Positions 17,642 through 28,029 of a stretch of 64,000 bases of DNA are shown here, piece after piece. The notes under the pieces are model-generated. The model had not been told where the DNA came from. It saw nothing but the letters and a program-made list of their open reading frames with translations, and made no database searches. The position numbers and the translations under genes were made by a program. Numbering within the stretch: position 1 is the stretch's first letter; the number at the start of each line of letters is the position of its first letter. Origin of the DNA: Candidatus Bathyarchaeota archaeon (GTDB taxonomy: Archaea; Thermoproteota; Bathyarchaeia; Bathyarchaeales; Bathycorpusculaceae); NCBI GenBank assembly GCA_963717465.1, contig OY970340.1, positions 1,216,001-1,280,000 on the forward strand. The letters are read 5' to 3'.

Positions 17642-18793
17642 TCAGAGCGGAACCTCACATCTGTATCTTCTTATCTCTGGCTCGCTATAAAAGCTTGGAA
17701 GAACACTTTCATACCACAATTGCGTAACAGTTTTCTGAAATCGCACAAATTTCGGAAACCACTCATCTGGACTTTCGTTATCGTGCCAAGGCAGTTTTCT
17801 TCCTTCTTTAAGGGCAGCGACCATATTTGGCTTCACAGCGGAATACGATTTAATTTGCAGCATGTTTGCCCTCAACGGAAGATTTGTATGAATTTGTTTG
17901 AGCCTACAACAACAAATATTCAATCTTCTTTTTAACTCGTCATTTTCAGCAAAAACCATCGGTATTAAATAGACATATGTGTCTGCCTTAAGTTCATTGA
18001 CCAAGAAATTCAAAACCTCAAATTGTTTTGCGAAGAATTCAGGCTGTGAATTAGTAATCTGAGAAAAATCTTCCGATCCTACTTGTCCGTCTCCAATGCC
18101 TTTCAAGCACCCGACTATCCCAAAATTGTGGTTGCCTATAGTTTCCTTTAGTTCATCCAACACTCTTTCCAAGTAATTGGTTGTTGACAAATTACAATCT
18201 GCCCAAACGTAGACACTGTTTGAAATGTTTCGTTTGTCAAGTTCCCTGTAAACGTCGATTATTAGTTCGGGAACTATAGTTGTTGCTTCTCCCCCACTAA
18301 TCCTAATAACATTCAGTTCCTCAGTGGTTGCCCTAAGTTTTTCGTACTCATCAATAATATCGCTTACTTTGAAGTATCGTCCTCTGCCAGCTTCAGGATT
18401 ATTCAAATCCCTGTCCACATAGCAATAGCTGCAATCATAATCGCAACCGTTGAGTTGGATCGTAAACGTATTGTTGTATTTTCGAGGATCACCACCCATT
18501 TTCTTCGCTGCGCTGTAAGGTGGATTCTGAAACTCTAGTTTTTGAAAACCGCCTTCAAGTCCTAGAAATTTCGGTGACCAGATTTCTGAGGTTGGAACAC
18601 TTGTCCACCATTGTGCATATAAATCTGACGGATCTCTGGGATCTATGTACGTTCTAGTCCGAAAATTTTTTTTAATGTCTTTACTATCCTTTATCTGGAC
18701 TCCTTGAGTAAAATCCGGAACAAAATAGCTGTTCGTAGCTGGGTCTCTCATTTGTTTTCTGCGTTTTGCTGCTATTTCTTCTGGATTTAGCAT
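17642..18793 (-). CDS. Radical SAM protein
   Basis: GCDYDCSYCY (CxxxCxxC), IRISGGE. Confidence 0.85.
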   Translation of the reverse strand: MLNPEEIAAKRRKQMRDPATNSYFVPDFTQGVQIKDSKDIKKNFRTRTYIDPRDPSDLYAQWWTSVPTSEIWSPKFLGLEGGFQKLEFQNPPYSAAKKMGGDPRKYNNTFTIQLNGCDYDCSYCYVDRDLNNPEAGRGRYFKVSDIIDEYEKLRATTEELNVIRISGGEATTIVPELIIDVYRELDKRNISNSVYVWADCNLSTTNYLERVLDELKETIGNHNFGIVGCLKGIGDGQVGSEDFSQITNSQPEFFAKQFEVLNFLVNELKADTYVYLIPMVFAENDELKRRLNICCCRLKQIHTNLPLRANMLQIKSYSAVKPNMVAALKEGRKLPWHDNESPDEWFPKFVRFQKTVTQLWYESVLPSFYSEPEIRRYRCEVPL

Positions 18794-19119
18794 ATTTCTT
18801 GATTGCGCCTTTGGTAGTATTTTAATTCTTCCTATTTAGGTCACATAGATCCTAATCAAGAAGTCAAAAACCATTGGAATTCAATTCAGCCCATTTCACC
18901 AAGTGGATTTGATTCTGGAACAAACGTCTTATTGTTAAATCAATACACTGCTGCCAGTGCCGGAGCTGATTTACTGATGGGTACTGGTGTGTTTGCCCTC
19001 ATCTGTATTGGTTGGTATGTACACAAGCAGTAGAGATATTACTTTCATCTATGTTCCCAAAGTCAACTGGTTTTTGAAGTTTTGAAATTTTACTAATGAG
19101 GCGTAAGCTTCCTGTTTGC

Positions 19120-19753
19120 TTACGCTTTAAAGGTTATGTATACACTCAACACAAAATTATCAACCCTAAAGAGTGTTCTGGCATTCTGATAAGGATAAAA
19201 AATGTGGCAATGGGGGAATGACAATTTCTCGAATATCCTTCAAACACTTATCAACTTTTCAGAAACTGGCTATCCGGTGAAATCTATATCGACCAAGGCC
19301 TTGAATCTGCGATGAGCATCAATCGAAGCGATTTTAAAATAACAAATCCGGATTACATCGCGCTCAAGAATTGGATTCATAATTTTTTGGATGACATCGT
19401 TTTCAAATATACTAACAAGCAATATTATCAAAAAGGACGGGAAAACAGAAAGAAAGAAGAAGAAACCGACAAATTTTCAACTCTGAACAGAATTGTAACC
19501 AATGAAATCGGAAACAATTATCGATTATGTTACCAAGAATTGCCTGAAAAAAACAATAGCGATAGACCAAAAACAAGAATAGGTAATAATAAACAATAGG
19601 CATCCGTTGTTTAGAAAGGTACCCAAACAATTTGAGAGTATTATTCAACAGATGTTTCTTTTGTTTAAGATAGCACAAGAGAAGAGTGGCGATGACGTAA
19701 AGAAATTAGAACTTCTGTTTGAAGAAGAGCTTGAGAAATGGATCACTGAGTAA
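19120..19753 (+). pseudogene. Truncated gene remnant, possibly the C-terminal part of a GHKL/MORC-type ATPase
   Basis: In-frame LRFKGYVYTQ..SGILIRIKNVAMGE*QFLEYP..LSGEIYIDQGLESAMSINRSDF; no start, internal stop, later frameshift. Confidence 0.45.
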
Positions 19754-19911
19754 TCAGACTGCATTTAAAGCCATCCTTTCTTTATAATATAAAACGCTTT
19801 TTCAGCGAATAATGGAGTAAGTAACTAACTACAAAATTGAAATGTCCACAGTGAATCAATTATTAGAATTGACCAAGTGATAATGCATACCAAAAAGAGC
19901 TTAAAAAATGG

Positions 19912-19943
19912 CTATTTCGGGAAAGTTAATTAGTGCTCCGGCC
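19912..19943 (-). repeat. att-like 32-bp direct repeat, copy C (tRNA-Glu 3' end plus downstream 22 bp)
   Basis: Identical to 12111-12142. Confidence 0.85.
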
Positions 19944-20008
19944 GGGATTTGGACCCGGGTCCGCGACTCGAGAGGCCGCTATACTTGACCGGACTATACT
20001 ACCGGAGC
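19934..20008 (-). tRNA. tRNA-Glu(CTC)
   Basis: Acceptor GCTCCGG/CCGGAGC, anticodon arm GCGGC-CTCTCGA-GTCGC, T arm CCGGG-TCCAAAT-CCCGG. Confidence 0.93.
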
Positions 20009-20268
20009 AGTTTTAGGCTTTAGCGTAAATACTGATTTAGCTTGTATTAATTTACTTTCCTCTTAAGGAATAAATCTGAAGCGTTCAAGTGTAAGTTCGA
20101 TTCTTTAAATTCTTTCTATGGAATTATTTAGTAAGCTTTTGCTAGCTACCCTTCTTGAAAGTTAGCCCTTGTTGCGATTAAGAATAATGCTTTAAGAAAA
20201 TTTAGGAAATGTTTAGTTTTTTGGTTACGGCTATTTAGGAAGTTTTAAAGAAAAATTAAGGGAGAATT

Positions 20269-21915
20269 TTATTCTTCAGGCATTCCGGGCATTCCGCCTG
20301 GTGCGCCGCCGCTTAATTTTGGTTTGGTTGCTTGTATTGTGTCGTCTATGCGTAGTATCATACATGCTGATTCTGCTGCTGATTTGATGGCTTGTTCTTT
20401 TACTACGACTGGCTCGATAACTCCGGTTTCTATGCAGTTTTGTATTTTTCCTGTGAATACGTTTAAGCCTTTGTTTTTGCCGTCTTCTTTATCGTGTGTC
20501 GAGCGCATTTCGACAAGTATATCTATTGGATCTAGACCGCCGTTTTCTGCGAGGGTTCTTGGGATTACTTCTATTGCGTCTGCGAAGGCTTCTACTGCTA
20601 GTTGTTCTCTTCCGCCGACTTTTGTTGCGTACTTTCGGAGTTCTTTAGCTACTTCGATTTCTACTGCTCCTCCACCAGCTACAATCTTGTTGTTTTCGAC
20701 GACGTCCGAAATGACTGATAATGCGTCTATCATTGTTCTTTCTGCTTCGTCCACCATTCTTTCAAGTCCAGCTCGGATAAGAATGGATACACTGTGCGGG
20801 TCTTTGCATTTTTCTACAAAGATCATTTTGTCTTCGCCGATTTTGCGTTCTTCTACTATTCCTGCCATGCCTAGGTCGCTTGCTTTCAGGTCGTCAATGT
20901 TTGAAACTACCTTTGCACCTGTTGCTTTAGCGAGCTTTGCCATATCTGATTCTTTTACACGTCTTGCTGCCATTATGTTTTCTTTAGTTAGGAAGTGTTG
21001 TACCATGTCGTCAATGCCTTTCTGGCAGAATAATACTTCTGCTCCTGAAGCTTTGATTTTTATAGCCATTTGTTTCATCATGTCGTTTTCTTGGTCCAAG
21101 AATGCTTTCATTTGTTTTGGATCTTTAATGCGAATTTCCGCGCTAATGTCTGTTTTCTCAATTTCAAGTGCCACATCCAATAAGGCAATCTTTGCGTTTT
21201 CTTTCATTTTTGGCATGCCTGGGCTTACGACTTCTTTGTCGACGATTATTCCTTGGATAAGTTGAGTTTCTAAAAGGCTCTTGCCAGCTTTCTTTACGAG
21301 TTGCACGTTATCAATGTCAGCAAGTGTTTTGTCTCCGCGCTGTTCAGCGATTTGTTTGACTGCGTCAATTGCTATTTCTGCAAGGTGGTCTCGTGCTGAA
21401 CCAACTGATTTGCTGCTTGTTGATGTCAATGCTACTTTAAGAAGTGTTTTGCGGTCATTAATGTCGACTGGCTCAGCAAGTTTGTATATGACCTCGATTG
21501 CTTTTTGAGCTGCTTTACGGTATCCGCTTACTAGTACTGTTGGATGAATGTTCTGATCTAAAAGCTCTTCAGCTTTTTTGAGAAGTTCACTTGCTAGTAT
21601 TACAGCCGTGGTTGTTCCATCGCCAACCATGTCATCTTGCGTTTTGGCGATTTCAACCATCATTTTTGCTGCGGGATGTTCAACGTCTATTTCTTTTAGA
21701 ATAGTTGCACCGTCATTTGTTATTGTTATGTCTCCTAAACTGTCGATAAGCATTTTATCCATGCCTTTTGGACCCAATGTGCTTTTCAGTACTTCGCCGA
21801 CTATCTGTGCGGCTGCAATATTATTTTTCTGGGCTTCTTTACCCTTGCTTCTAGTTGTTCCTTCTTTAAGTATTAGGACTGGCTGTCCTGAACCTGTAGT
21901 TGTTAAATACGCCAT
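20269..21915 (-). CDS. ths: Thermosome subunit (group II chaperonin)
   Basis: [33 protein letters not shown]. Confidence 0.97.
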   Translation of the reverse strand: MAYLTTTGSGQPVLILKEGTTRSKGKEAQKNNIAAAQIVGEVLKSTLGPKGMDKMLIDSLGDITITNDGATILKEIDVEHPAAKMMVEIAKTQDDMVGDGTTTAVILASELLKKAEELLDQNIHPTVLVSGYRKAAQKAIEVIYKLAEPVDINDRKTLLKVALTSTSSKSVGSARDHLAEIAIDAVKQIAEQRGDKTLADIDNVQLVKKAGKSLLETQLIQGIIVDKEVVSPGMPKMKENAKIALLDVALEIEKTDISAEIRIKDPKQMKAFLDQENDMMKQMAIKIKASGAEVLFCQKGIDDMVQHFLTKENIMAARRVKESDMAKLAKATGAKVVSNIDDLKASDLGMAGIVEERKIGEDKMIFVEKCKDPHSVSILIRAGLERMVDEAERTMIDALSVISDVVENNKIVAGGGAVEIEVAKELRKYATKVGGREQLAVEAFADAIEVIPRTLAENGGLDPIDILVEMRSTHDKEDGKNKGLNVFTGKIQNCIETGVIEPVVVKEQAIKSAAESACMILRIDDTIQATKPKLSGGAPGGMPGMPEE

Positions 21916-22309
21916 ATACTATCATTCCCTAGAACGTGTTTATCGGAAATATGCAAAAATCAAACTGAAATATAAACCTTAACCTTAATTTTGGCATTGT
22001 CTTGTTGATTTTGATGTTTTAGGGCTAAAAAAGGAGGCGAGTTTCCTAATCGAATCTTAATTGGTTTTAGCAAGTTCCGCGATGCCAAGTTAATTTGAGA
22101 TTACTATGCGCTCGTCAAAAAAATTAATCAGGTAATTCTTTACGTCTTTTCACAGAAAAATACTTCGTAAATTAATGAGAATTGCATTTGATTAATTGTT
22201 GATCATTTAGCGTGACTTCTTCAGGAAGAAGGCTCTCAGAGGATTTTTGCTGATTTGTTTGGTAAAGGGTTAAATTTTAAGGTTTACATTCACTTGAAAG
22301 GTAACCTGT

Positions 22310-22918
22310 ATGTCATTTGTCGATAAAGTTGCTGAAGCCTTGTTTGAGTCAGGATGTATCAAGTTTGGGTCTTTCAAGATAAAGTCAGGAGCAACCAGCC
22401 CATACTACATTGATCTTGCCCGTTTGCTTTCAAAGCCAAAACAGCTTTGCATAATTGCTGACGCGGCCGCTGACGAGATCAAGAGCATAATGGCTTACGA
22501 TAGGATTGATAAGTTGGCTTCGATTGAGCTGAAGGGCGCGTTGATTTTGCCAAGTATCGCTTGTAAGGTTGATATGCCATGCGTCATAGTGCGAAAAGAA
22601 GACAAAGCCTACGGCGTAACAGGCAGAATCGCAGGAGCAGACGTCGCTCAAGGTGATAATGTCTTGTTTTTTGATGATGTCGTAAGTGAAGGATTATCCA
22701 AAATCGAGGGAATAAAACCGCTTCAAGACTTGGGTGCCCAAGTAAAGCACATGCTGGTTGTTGTAAATCGTGAACAAGGCGGCAAAGAAAACCTTGAAAA
22801 ACTTGGCTACCAAGTTCACGCTTTAGCTAAAATCTCACAGGTAGTTGATGCTTTAGTTCGCTCCAAAAAAATTTCTAAGGAGCAAGCAAAAATCGTCCAC
22901 GATTACATCAACATCTAA
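22310..22918 (+). CDS. pyrE: Orotate phosphoribosyltransferase
   Basis: KFGSFKIKSGATSPYYID, VRKEDKAYG, FFDDVVSEG. Confidence 0.92.
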   Translation: MSFVDKVAEALFESGCIKFGSFKIKSGATSPYYIDLARLLSKPKQLCIIADAAADEIKSIMAYDRIDKLASIELKGALILPSIACKVDMPCVIVRKEDKAYGVTGRIAGADVAQGDNVLFFDDVVSEGLSKIEGIKPLQDLGAQVKHMLVVVNREQGGKENLEKLGYQVHALAKISQVVDALVRSKKISKEQAKIVHDYINI

Positions 22919-23030
22919 AAGCGCTCTCCTCACCTACCGTCGCATTGTCCAGTTATTCGCTTTTACAATTCTGCAAAGGATTAATTAAATCGTCTTAAGT
23001 TATGGCAATCTTTGTAGTCTGAAGATGTAA

Positions 23031-23264
23031 TTAGTCTTCCACCATTATCAAAGTTAGTGTTGATCTTACTTGATTGATTGAGCGGATTTTTTGCGTAACT
23101 GTGTTCTTTAAGTTTTCCATGGTGTCAGCTTTTACTTTTATGATAAGGTCGTAGACTCCGTATGAAACGTAAGATTCCTCTACAGTCTCAATATTCTTAA
23201 GTTGTTTCAAAACTTCGTCTTCTGAACCTGTTGCAACATTAAGAAGGACAAAGGCTCTAGGCAT
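23031..23264 (-). CDS. Lrp/AsnC ligand-binding domain protein
   Basis: AFVLLNV...YGVYDLIIKV...VRSTLTLI. Confidence 0.9.
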   Translation of the reverse strand: MPRAFVLLNVATGSEDEVLKQLKNIETVEESYVSYGVYDLIIKVKADTMENLKNTVTQKIRSINQVRSTLTLIMVED

Positions 23265-23632
23265 TGAAATTATCCCTATCTTAATTATGTTTACGAAGTT
23301 AATTAATTTTTATCGAAGCAAAGTGATTCTAATTGATAAAAGTTCAGGATTTTTTGCGCTAAAAATGTAAATTATTAATTAAGCGACTTTACATGAAGTT
23401 TTTTTACATTACTGGGCTGTATTGCTTGGTTACTTTTTTGGACGTGTTTGCAGCTTGAAGAGAATTTTCTAGTTCACTTTGAATTATTGTCCAACATTGA
23501 GGTATTTATTTGAACGTTTAACTATTATGTTTTCTAATGGCTCTTCATATGGATAGGCTTTAATACTTCAATGTGCTAAATGCACAGCAAACAAGGTAAT
23601 TAAGTAACAATTGTCAAAAGAGGAAAAACCAA

Positions 23633-24922
23633 ATGTCTTTCAACTCTGGAGATATAGCATGGGTAATAACTGCAACAGCACTAGTCATGATAATGACGCC
23701 AGCCTTAGGATTCTTCTACGGTGGACTCGTACGCAGAAAAAACCTAATATCAACAATCGTTCAATGCTTTGCAATCTTCGCAGTGATAAGCATAGTCTGG
23801 ATGCTCTGGGGTTACATGGAAGTCTTCGGAACAAGCGTTAATGGCATCATCGGCTTTGATCCAGGATTAATAGCCCTAAACAATTTGGGCATAAACACTC
23901 CATGGAGCAGCGCTCCACAAATCCCTGAACTGTTGTACTTTGCATTTCAATTAAAATTCGCCGCAATCACCCCTGCACTCATCATAGGAGCAACCGCAGA
24001 GCGTATCCGCTTTAAGCCCCTGCTAATCTTCATGGTGCTTTGGTCAACATTAATTTATGGTCCTATCGCCTGCTGGGTATGGAACCCAACTGGTTGGCTG
24101 CATAGTCTTGGCGCTATTGACTTTGCAGGAGGCATTGTAGTGCATATTTCTGCTGGTATATCTGCCTTAGCAGCGGCACTAGTAGTCGGTAGGAGAAAAG
24201 GTGCAGGAATTCCTTGGAAAAATCACATGAAAGCTCTCGACCAAAAAGATAGTGCGTCAGAATTCAAGCCTACAAACATTCCTTATGTGCTCTTAGGCGC
24301 AGCATTGCTATGGTTCGGATGGTTTGGATTCAACGCAGGCAGCGCACTAGCAGCAAACGATATAGCTGTTTCAGCTCTAGTAACCACGAACATTGCGGCA
24401 GCCGCAGCCGGAGTAAGCTGGATGCTTGTTGACTGGACAAGGAAAGGTAAGCCATCCGCATCTGGCTTGGCAATTGGTGCAGTTGTAGGCTTAGTTGCTA
24501 TTACGCCAGCGGCAGGTTACGTTAGCGTTTCCTCAGCGCTGATTATTGGTTTAATCGCAGGCGTAATCTCAAACTTTGTAGGAAACTGGCGGGCAGCAAG
24601 AAGCCGTATTGACGATTCATTGGACGTTTTTGCCTGCCATGGTGTGGGCGGCTTGTGGGGTTCAATCGCAACAGGCTTGTTCGCTACGGCAGCTATCTCC
24701 ACAGCAGGCGTCACAGGAGTCAATGGAGCGCTATTTGGAAATCCTATGCAACTAGTTTATCAGTTAATAGCGGTTGCCGTTGTTGTGCCTTTTGCCTTTT
24801 TCGGATCATATGCCCTGCTTAAAGTAATAAACAAGTTCTGCCCGTTGCGAGTTAGTGAGGCAGCGGAGGATGCAGGATTAGATTTAAGTGAACACGGGGA
24901 AGAAGCGTACCAGTTAGAGTAA
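23633..24922 (+). CDS. amtB: Ammonium transporter Amt
   Basis: [44 protein letters not shown]. Confidence 0.96.
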   Translation: MSFNSGDIAWVITATALVMIMTPALGFFYGGLVRRKNLISTIVQCFAIFAVISIVWMLWGYMEVFGTSVNGIIGFDPGLIALNNLGINTPWSSAPQIPELLYFAFQLKFAAITPALIIGATAERIRFKPLLIFMVLWSTLIYGPIACWVWNPTGWLHSLGAIDFAGGIVVHISAGISALAAALVVGRRKGAGIPWKNHMKALDQKDSASEFKPTNIPYVLLGAALLWFGWFGFNAGSALAANDIAVSALVTTNIAAAAAGVSWMLVDWTRKGKPSASGLAIGAVVGLVAITPAAGYVSVSSALIIGLIAGVISNFVGNWRAARSRIDDSLDVFACHGVGGLWGSIATGLFATAAISTAGVTGVNGALFGNPMQLVYQLIAVAVVVPFAFFGSYALLKVINKFCPLRVSEAAEDAGLDLSEHGEEAYQLE

Positions 24923-25204
24923 ATCAAGCGCATTTTCAAAACGCTTTTTTTCTAATTGTTCTCCAAAATTAATGCCTATTTTCCAAAATTAATGTAGAAC
25001 AAATTAACTTTTTAATACTTGCTTATTTGAACAAAAATTGATTATTCGAGGATTATTTTAAACATATGTAAAGAAAAATTTTTGATTGTTTCTTGTTTTG
25101 GACATTTGTTCAAATTAACCCTTTCTAATTTCTCGAATGTCACATTTAAATATATGTTAAGTGCACAATAGAGAAGAATAATTCAGGGACAGGTATCGAA
25201 GCAG

Positions 25205-26501
25205 ATGTCACTAAACGCAGGAGACGTAGCGTGGGTTCTTACCTCAACAGCACTAGTAATGCTAATGACACCCGCATTAAGCTTCTTTTATGGTGGACTT
25301 GTACGCCGAAAAAATCTGGTATCCACCCTTAGTACAATGCATAATAATTTTCGCGGTGGTCAGCCTTATCTGGTTTGCCTACGGCTACGGCTTGGTCTAT
25401 GGTCCAAGCGTAGACGGGGTAATAGGCAACCCTTGGACTCTTCTAGGATTAAATAATATGACTTCATTCACAATGAGCTCTTATGCACCAGCAATACCGG
25501 AAGCACTCTTTTTTGCTTTCCAACTAAAATTTGCGGCAATAACACCAGCACTGATAATTGGTGCATGTGCTGAAAGGATTAGGTTTAAACCGCTATTGAT
25601 CTTTGTTGTTTTATGGTCTACGTTCATTTACTCGCCGATTGCTCATTGGATTTGGAATGCAAACGGGTGGTTACATGTTCTTGGAGCCGTAGATTTTGCA
25701 GGTGGATTAGTAGTGCATGTTGCAGCAGGTTTATCTGCTCTTGCAGCAGCTCTGGTCGTTGGCAGAAGAAAAGGAAACTTGTACTGGAAAGACCAATTAA
25801 AAGCACTAAATCAAAAAGGCACAGAAGCACCGTCACTTGGCACTGAATTTAAGCCAACCAACATTCCATACGTGATCTTAGGCGCAGGCTTACTGTGGTT
25901 CGGATGGTTTGGATTCAACGGTGGCAGTGCATTAGCAGCAAACGGTATTGCAGTTTCAGCACTTGTAAATACCAATTTAGCCGCTGCAGCGGCAGCGGTA
26001 AGCTGGATGATCGTGGATTGGATTACTAAAGGAAAGCCGTCAGCCGTCGGCATTTCAGTTGGTGCAGTATGTGGATTAGCTGCTGTCACAGCTGCCTCAG
26101 GCTACATCAATTTCTATGCCGCCGTGATAATCGGCTTAGCAGCAGGAGTAATCTCTAATTTGGTAGCTAATTGGCGCTCGGGAAGGTCAAGAATAGACGA
26201 TACGTTGGACGTGTTCGCATGTCACGGAGTAGGCGGAATGATTGGCGCTATAGCAGTAGGCTTATTTGCATCTGTAGCCGTGAACAATGTCAACGGTGTT
26301 AACGGATTGTTATATGGGAACCCATATCAGCTCGGTGTTCAATTGCTAGCAACGGTTGTTGTGTCAGCGTTCGCATTTTGCGGCTCCTATTTGCTTCTAA
26401 AAATCGTAGATAAAATTTCGCCACTAAGAGTAAGCCCTGAAGAAGAAGATGCAGGATTAGACATAAGCCAGCATGGCGAAGAAGCTTACTGTCTAGATTA
26501 G
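25205..26501 (+). CDS. amtB: Ammonium transporter Amt, second copy; frameshift at ~25328
   Basis: ORFs 25205 and 25290 join into a full-length paralog of 23633-24922. Confidence 0.92.
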
Positions 26502-26633
26502 TTAGATTCAGTTCTGTTTTCTTTCTTATTTTTAATTTCAAAAAATTTACTAAACTGATAAACTCGGTGCAGAGATTTTGATAATTTTTTTGCAGATAGT
26601 TTATAACGCTAACTTGACTTAACAAATTAGCAG

Positions 26634-27230
26634 GTGACTAAAATGAAGGTTATCGCTTTTAATGGAAGCGGAAGAAAAGATGGAAACACCGCCATTCTAA
26701 TCAAGAAAACCCTACAAGCCTTAGAAGCAGAGGGAATACAAACTGAATTTATACAATTAGCAGGAGAAGCCATCCATGGCTGCAAGGCCTGCCAAATCTG
26801 TCGAGAAAAAAAGAACAAACTTTGCGCCCAAAACGATAAGGTAAATGAGTATTTGCCCAAAATCTGGGAAGCTGACGGCTTGATTTTAGGTTCACCAGTC
26901 TACTTCGGAATGATGACGCCCGAATTAAAAGCGCTCATTGACCGAACTGGCTACGTGTCAATGCGAAATGATGGTCTGCTGAAAAGAAAAGTCGGCGCAG
27001 CTATAGTTGTGAATCGAAGAGCAGGCGCCTTAGCCACTTTTAGCGCGATAAACAACTTCTTTTTAATTAATCAAATGATAGTTCCAGGTTCCTCCTACTG
27101 GAACATCGGCATGGGCAGAGAAAAAGGCGAAGTAGAAAAAGATGAGGAAGGCATGCGTGTAATGGAGGGTTTGGGAAAAAACGTGGCTTGGCTTCTAAAA
27201 CAGCTCGAAGCCGCCAAAAAAAATTCCTAA
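26634..27230 (+). CDS. Flavodoxin-family iron-sulfur flavoprotein
   Basis: GSGRKDGNT, CKACQIC..C, GSPVYFG. Confidence 0.9.
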   Translation: MTKMKVIAFNGSGRKDGNTAILIKKTLQALEAEGIQTEFIQLAGEAIHGCKACQICREKKNKLCAQNDKVNEYLPKIWEADGLILGSPVYFGMMTPELKALIDRTGYVSMRNDGLLKRKVGAAIVVNRRAGALATFSAINNFFLINQMIVPGSSYWNIGMGREKGEVEKDEEGMRVMEGLGKNVAWLLKQLEAAKKNS

Positions 27231-27456
27231 ATTCTTTTTAATCCATTATTGCTTTAAAATCATCCCTGGGCAGTGCGGTTTTTGTCGGGGGAATTTTTTT
27301 TGGCATTTCTTGATATAATAAGCTAAGCAAGTAGGCAAATGTAACCTTGCCAATACAATTTTTATCAATTCAACACTTAATAATTAAATTTTAAGGCAAG
27401 AATTAAGAAATGCTTAACTGTTGCATGATAGATACTAATAGGGTTGAGTGGAGAAA

Positions 27457-28029
27457 ATGCCACTATTCGACATATTCAGGAAACGTAAAAAGGAAGAAAA
27501 GCCAGTTGACAATTTGCCTCCTCAGGAGCCAGAAAAGCAGTCTGTAGCAGAATCGACTCAGGCAACGCAGGTAACATCGGAGCCTGAAAAAACAGTTGAA
27601 ACCAAAGCCGAATCTACGGCTGAAGTAGCTAAAGAAGTGCCCAAGGAGCCAGAACCAGCAAAACCAGTTGAACCTGTTCAAGAACTAAAAATGGAAACTG
27701 AACCAAAACCTGTTCAAGAACTAAAAATGGCAGCTGAACCGACTAAAACATACCTGAAAGCGATGCCTCTTCATGATCTATCTGATCTTGAGGCTATCAA
27801 GGCGGACATTAACAACGGAGTTATTCTTATTCTAAAAATGAGCCCGCTTGCAACCAAAAGCATTGAGGACGTGAAACGTGCGGTAAATGAACTTTCTGAA
27901 TTTGCTGGAGCAATCGGTGGAGACATTGCACGTTTAGGCGAAGAAAGAGTTGTGATTTGCCCGAAAAACATAAAAATTTGGCGTGAAAAAAAGTCAACTG
28001 CAAATGAGCCTGTGCCTACAGCAGCCTAA
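27457..28029 (+). CDS. sepF: SepF/DUF552 cell-division protein with a low-complexity N-terminal linker
   Basis: C-terminal GVILIL..VKRAVNEL..IGGDIARLGEERVVICP. Confidence 0.8.
   Translation: MPLFDIFRKRKKEEKPVDNLPPQEPEKQSVAESTQATQVTSEPEKTVETKAESTAEVAKEVPKEPEPAKPVEPVQELKMETEPKPVQELKMAAEPTKTYLKAMPLHDLSDLEAIKADINNGVILILKMSPLATKSIEDVKRAVNELSEFAGAIGGDIARLGEERVVICPKNIKIWREKKSTANEPVPTAA

Larger units (their letters stand above)
12143..19911. mobile_element. ~7.8-kb island between 32-bp direct repeats at tRNA-Glu; defence-type cargo; no integrase seen
   Basis: Flanking identical 32-bp repeats overlapping the tRNA 3' end; AT-rich accessory genes. Confidence 0.7.

Noticed and set aside
20324..21982. 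Long plus-strand ORFs opposite the thermosome gene (and similar shadows over trp, AOR, SDR and amt genes)
   Set aside because: Antisense shadows of conserved genes, with no motifs of their own.
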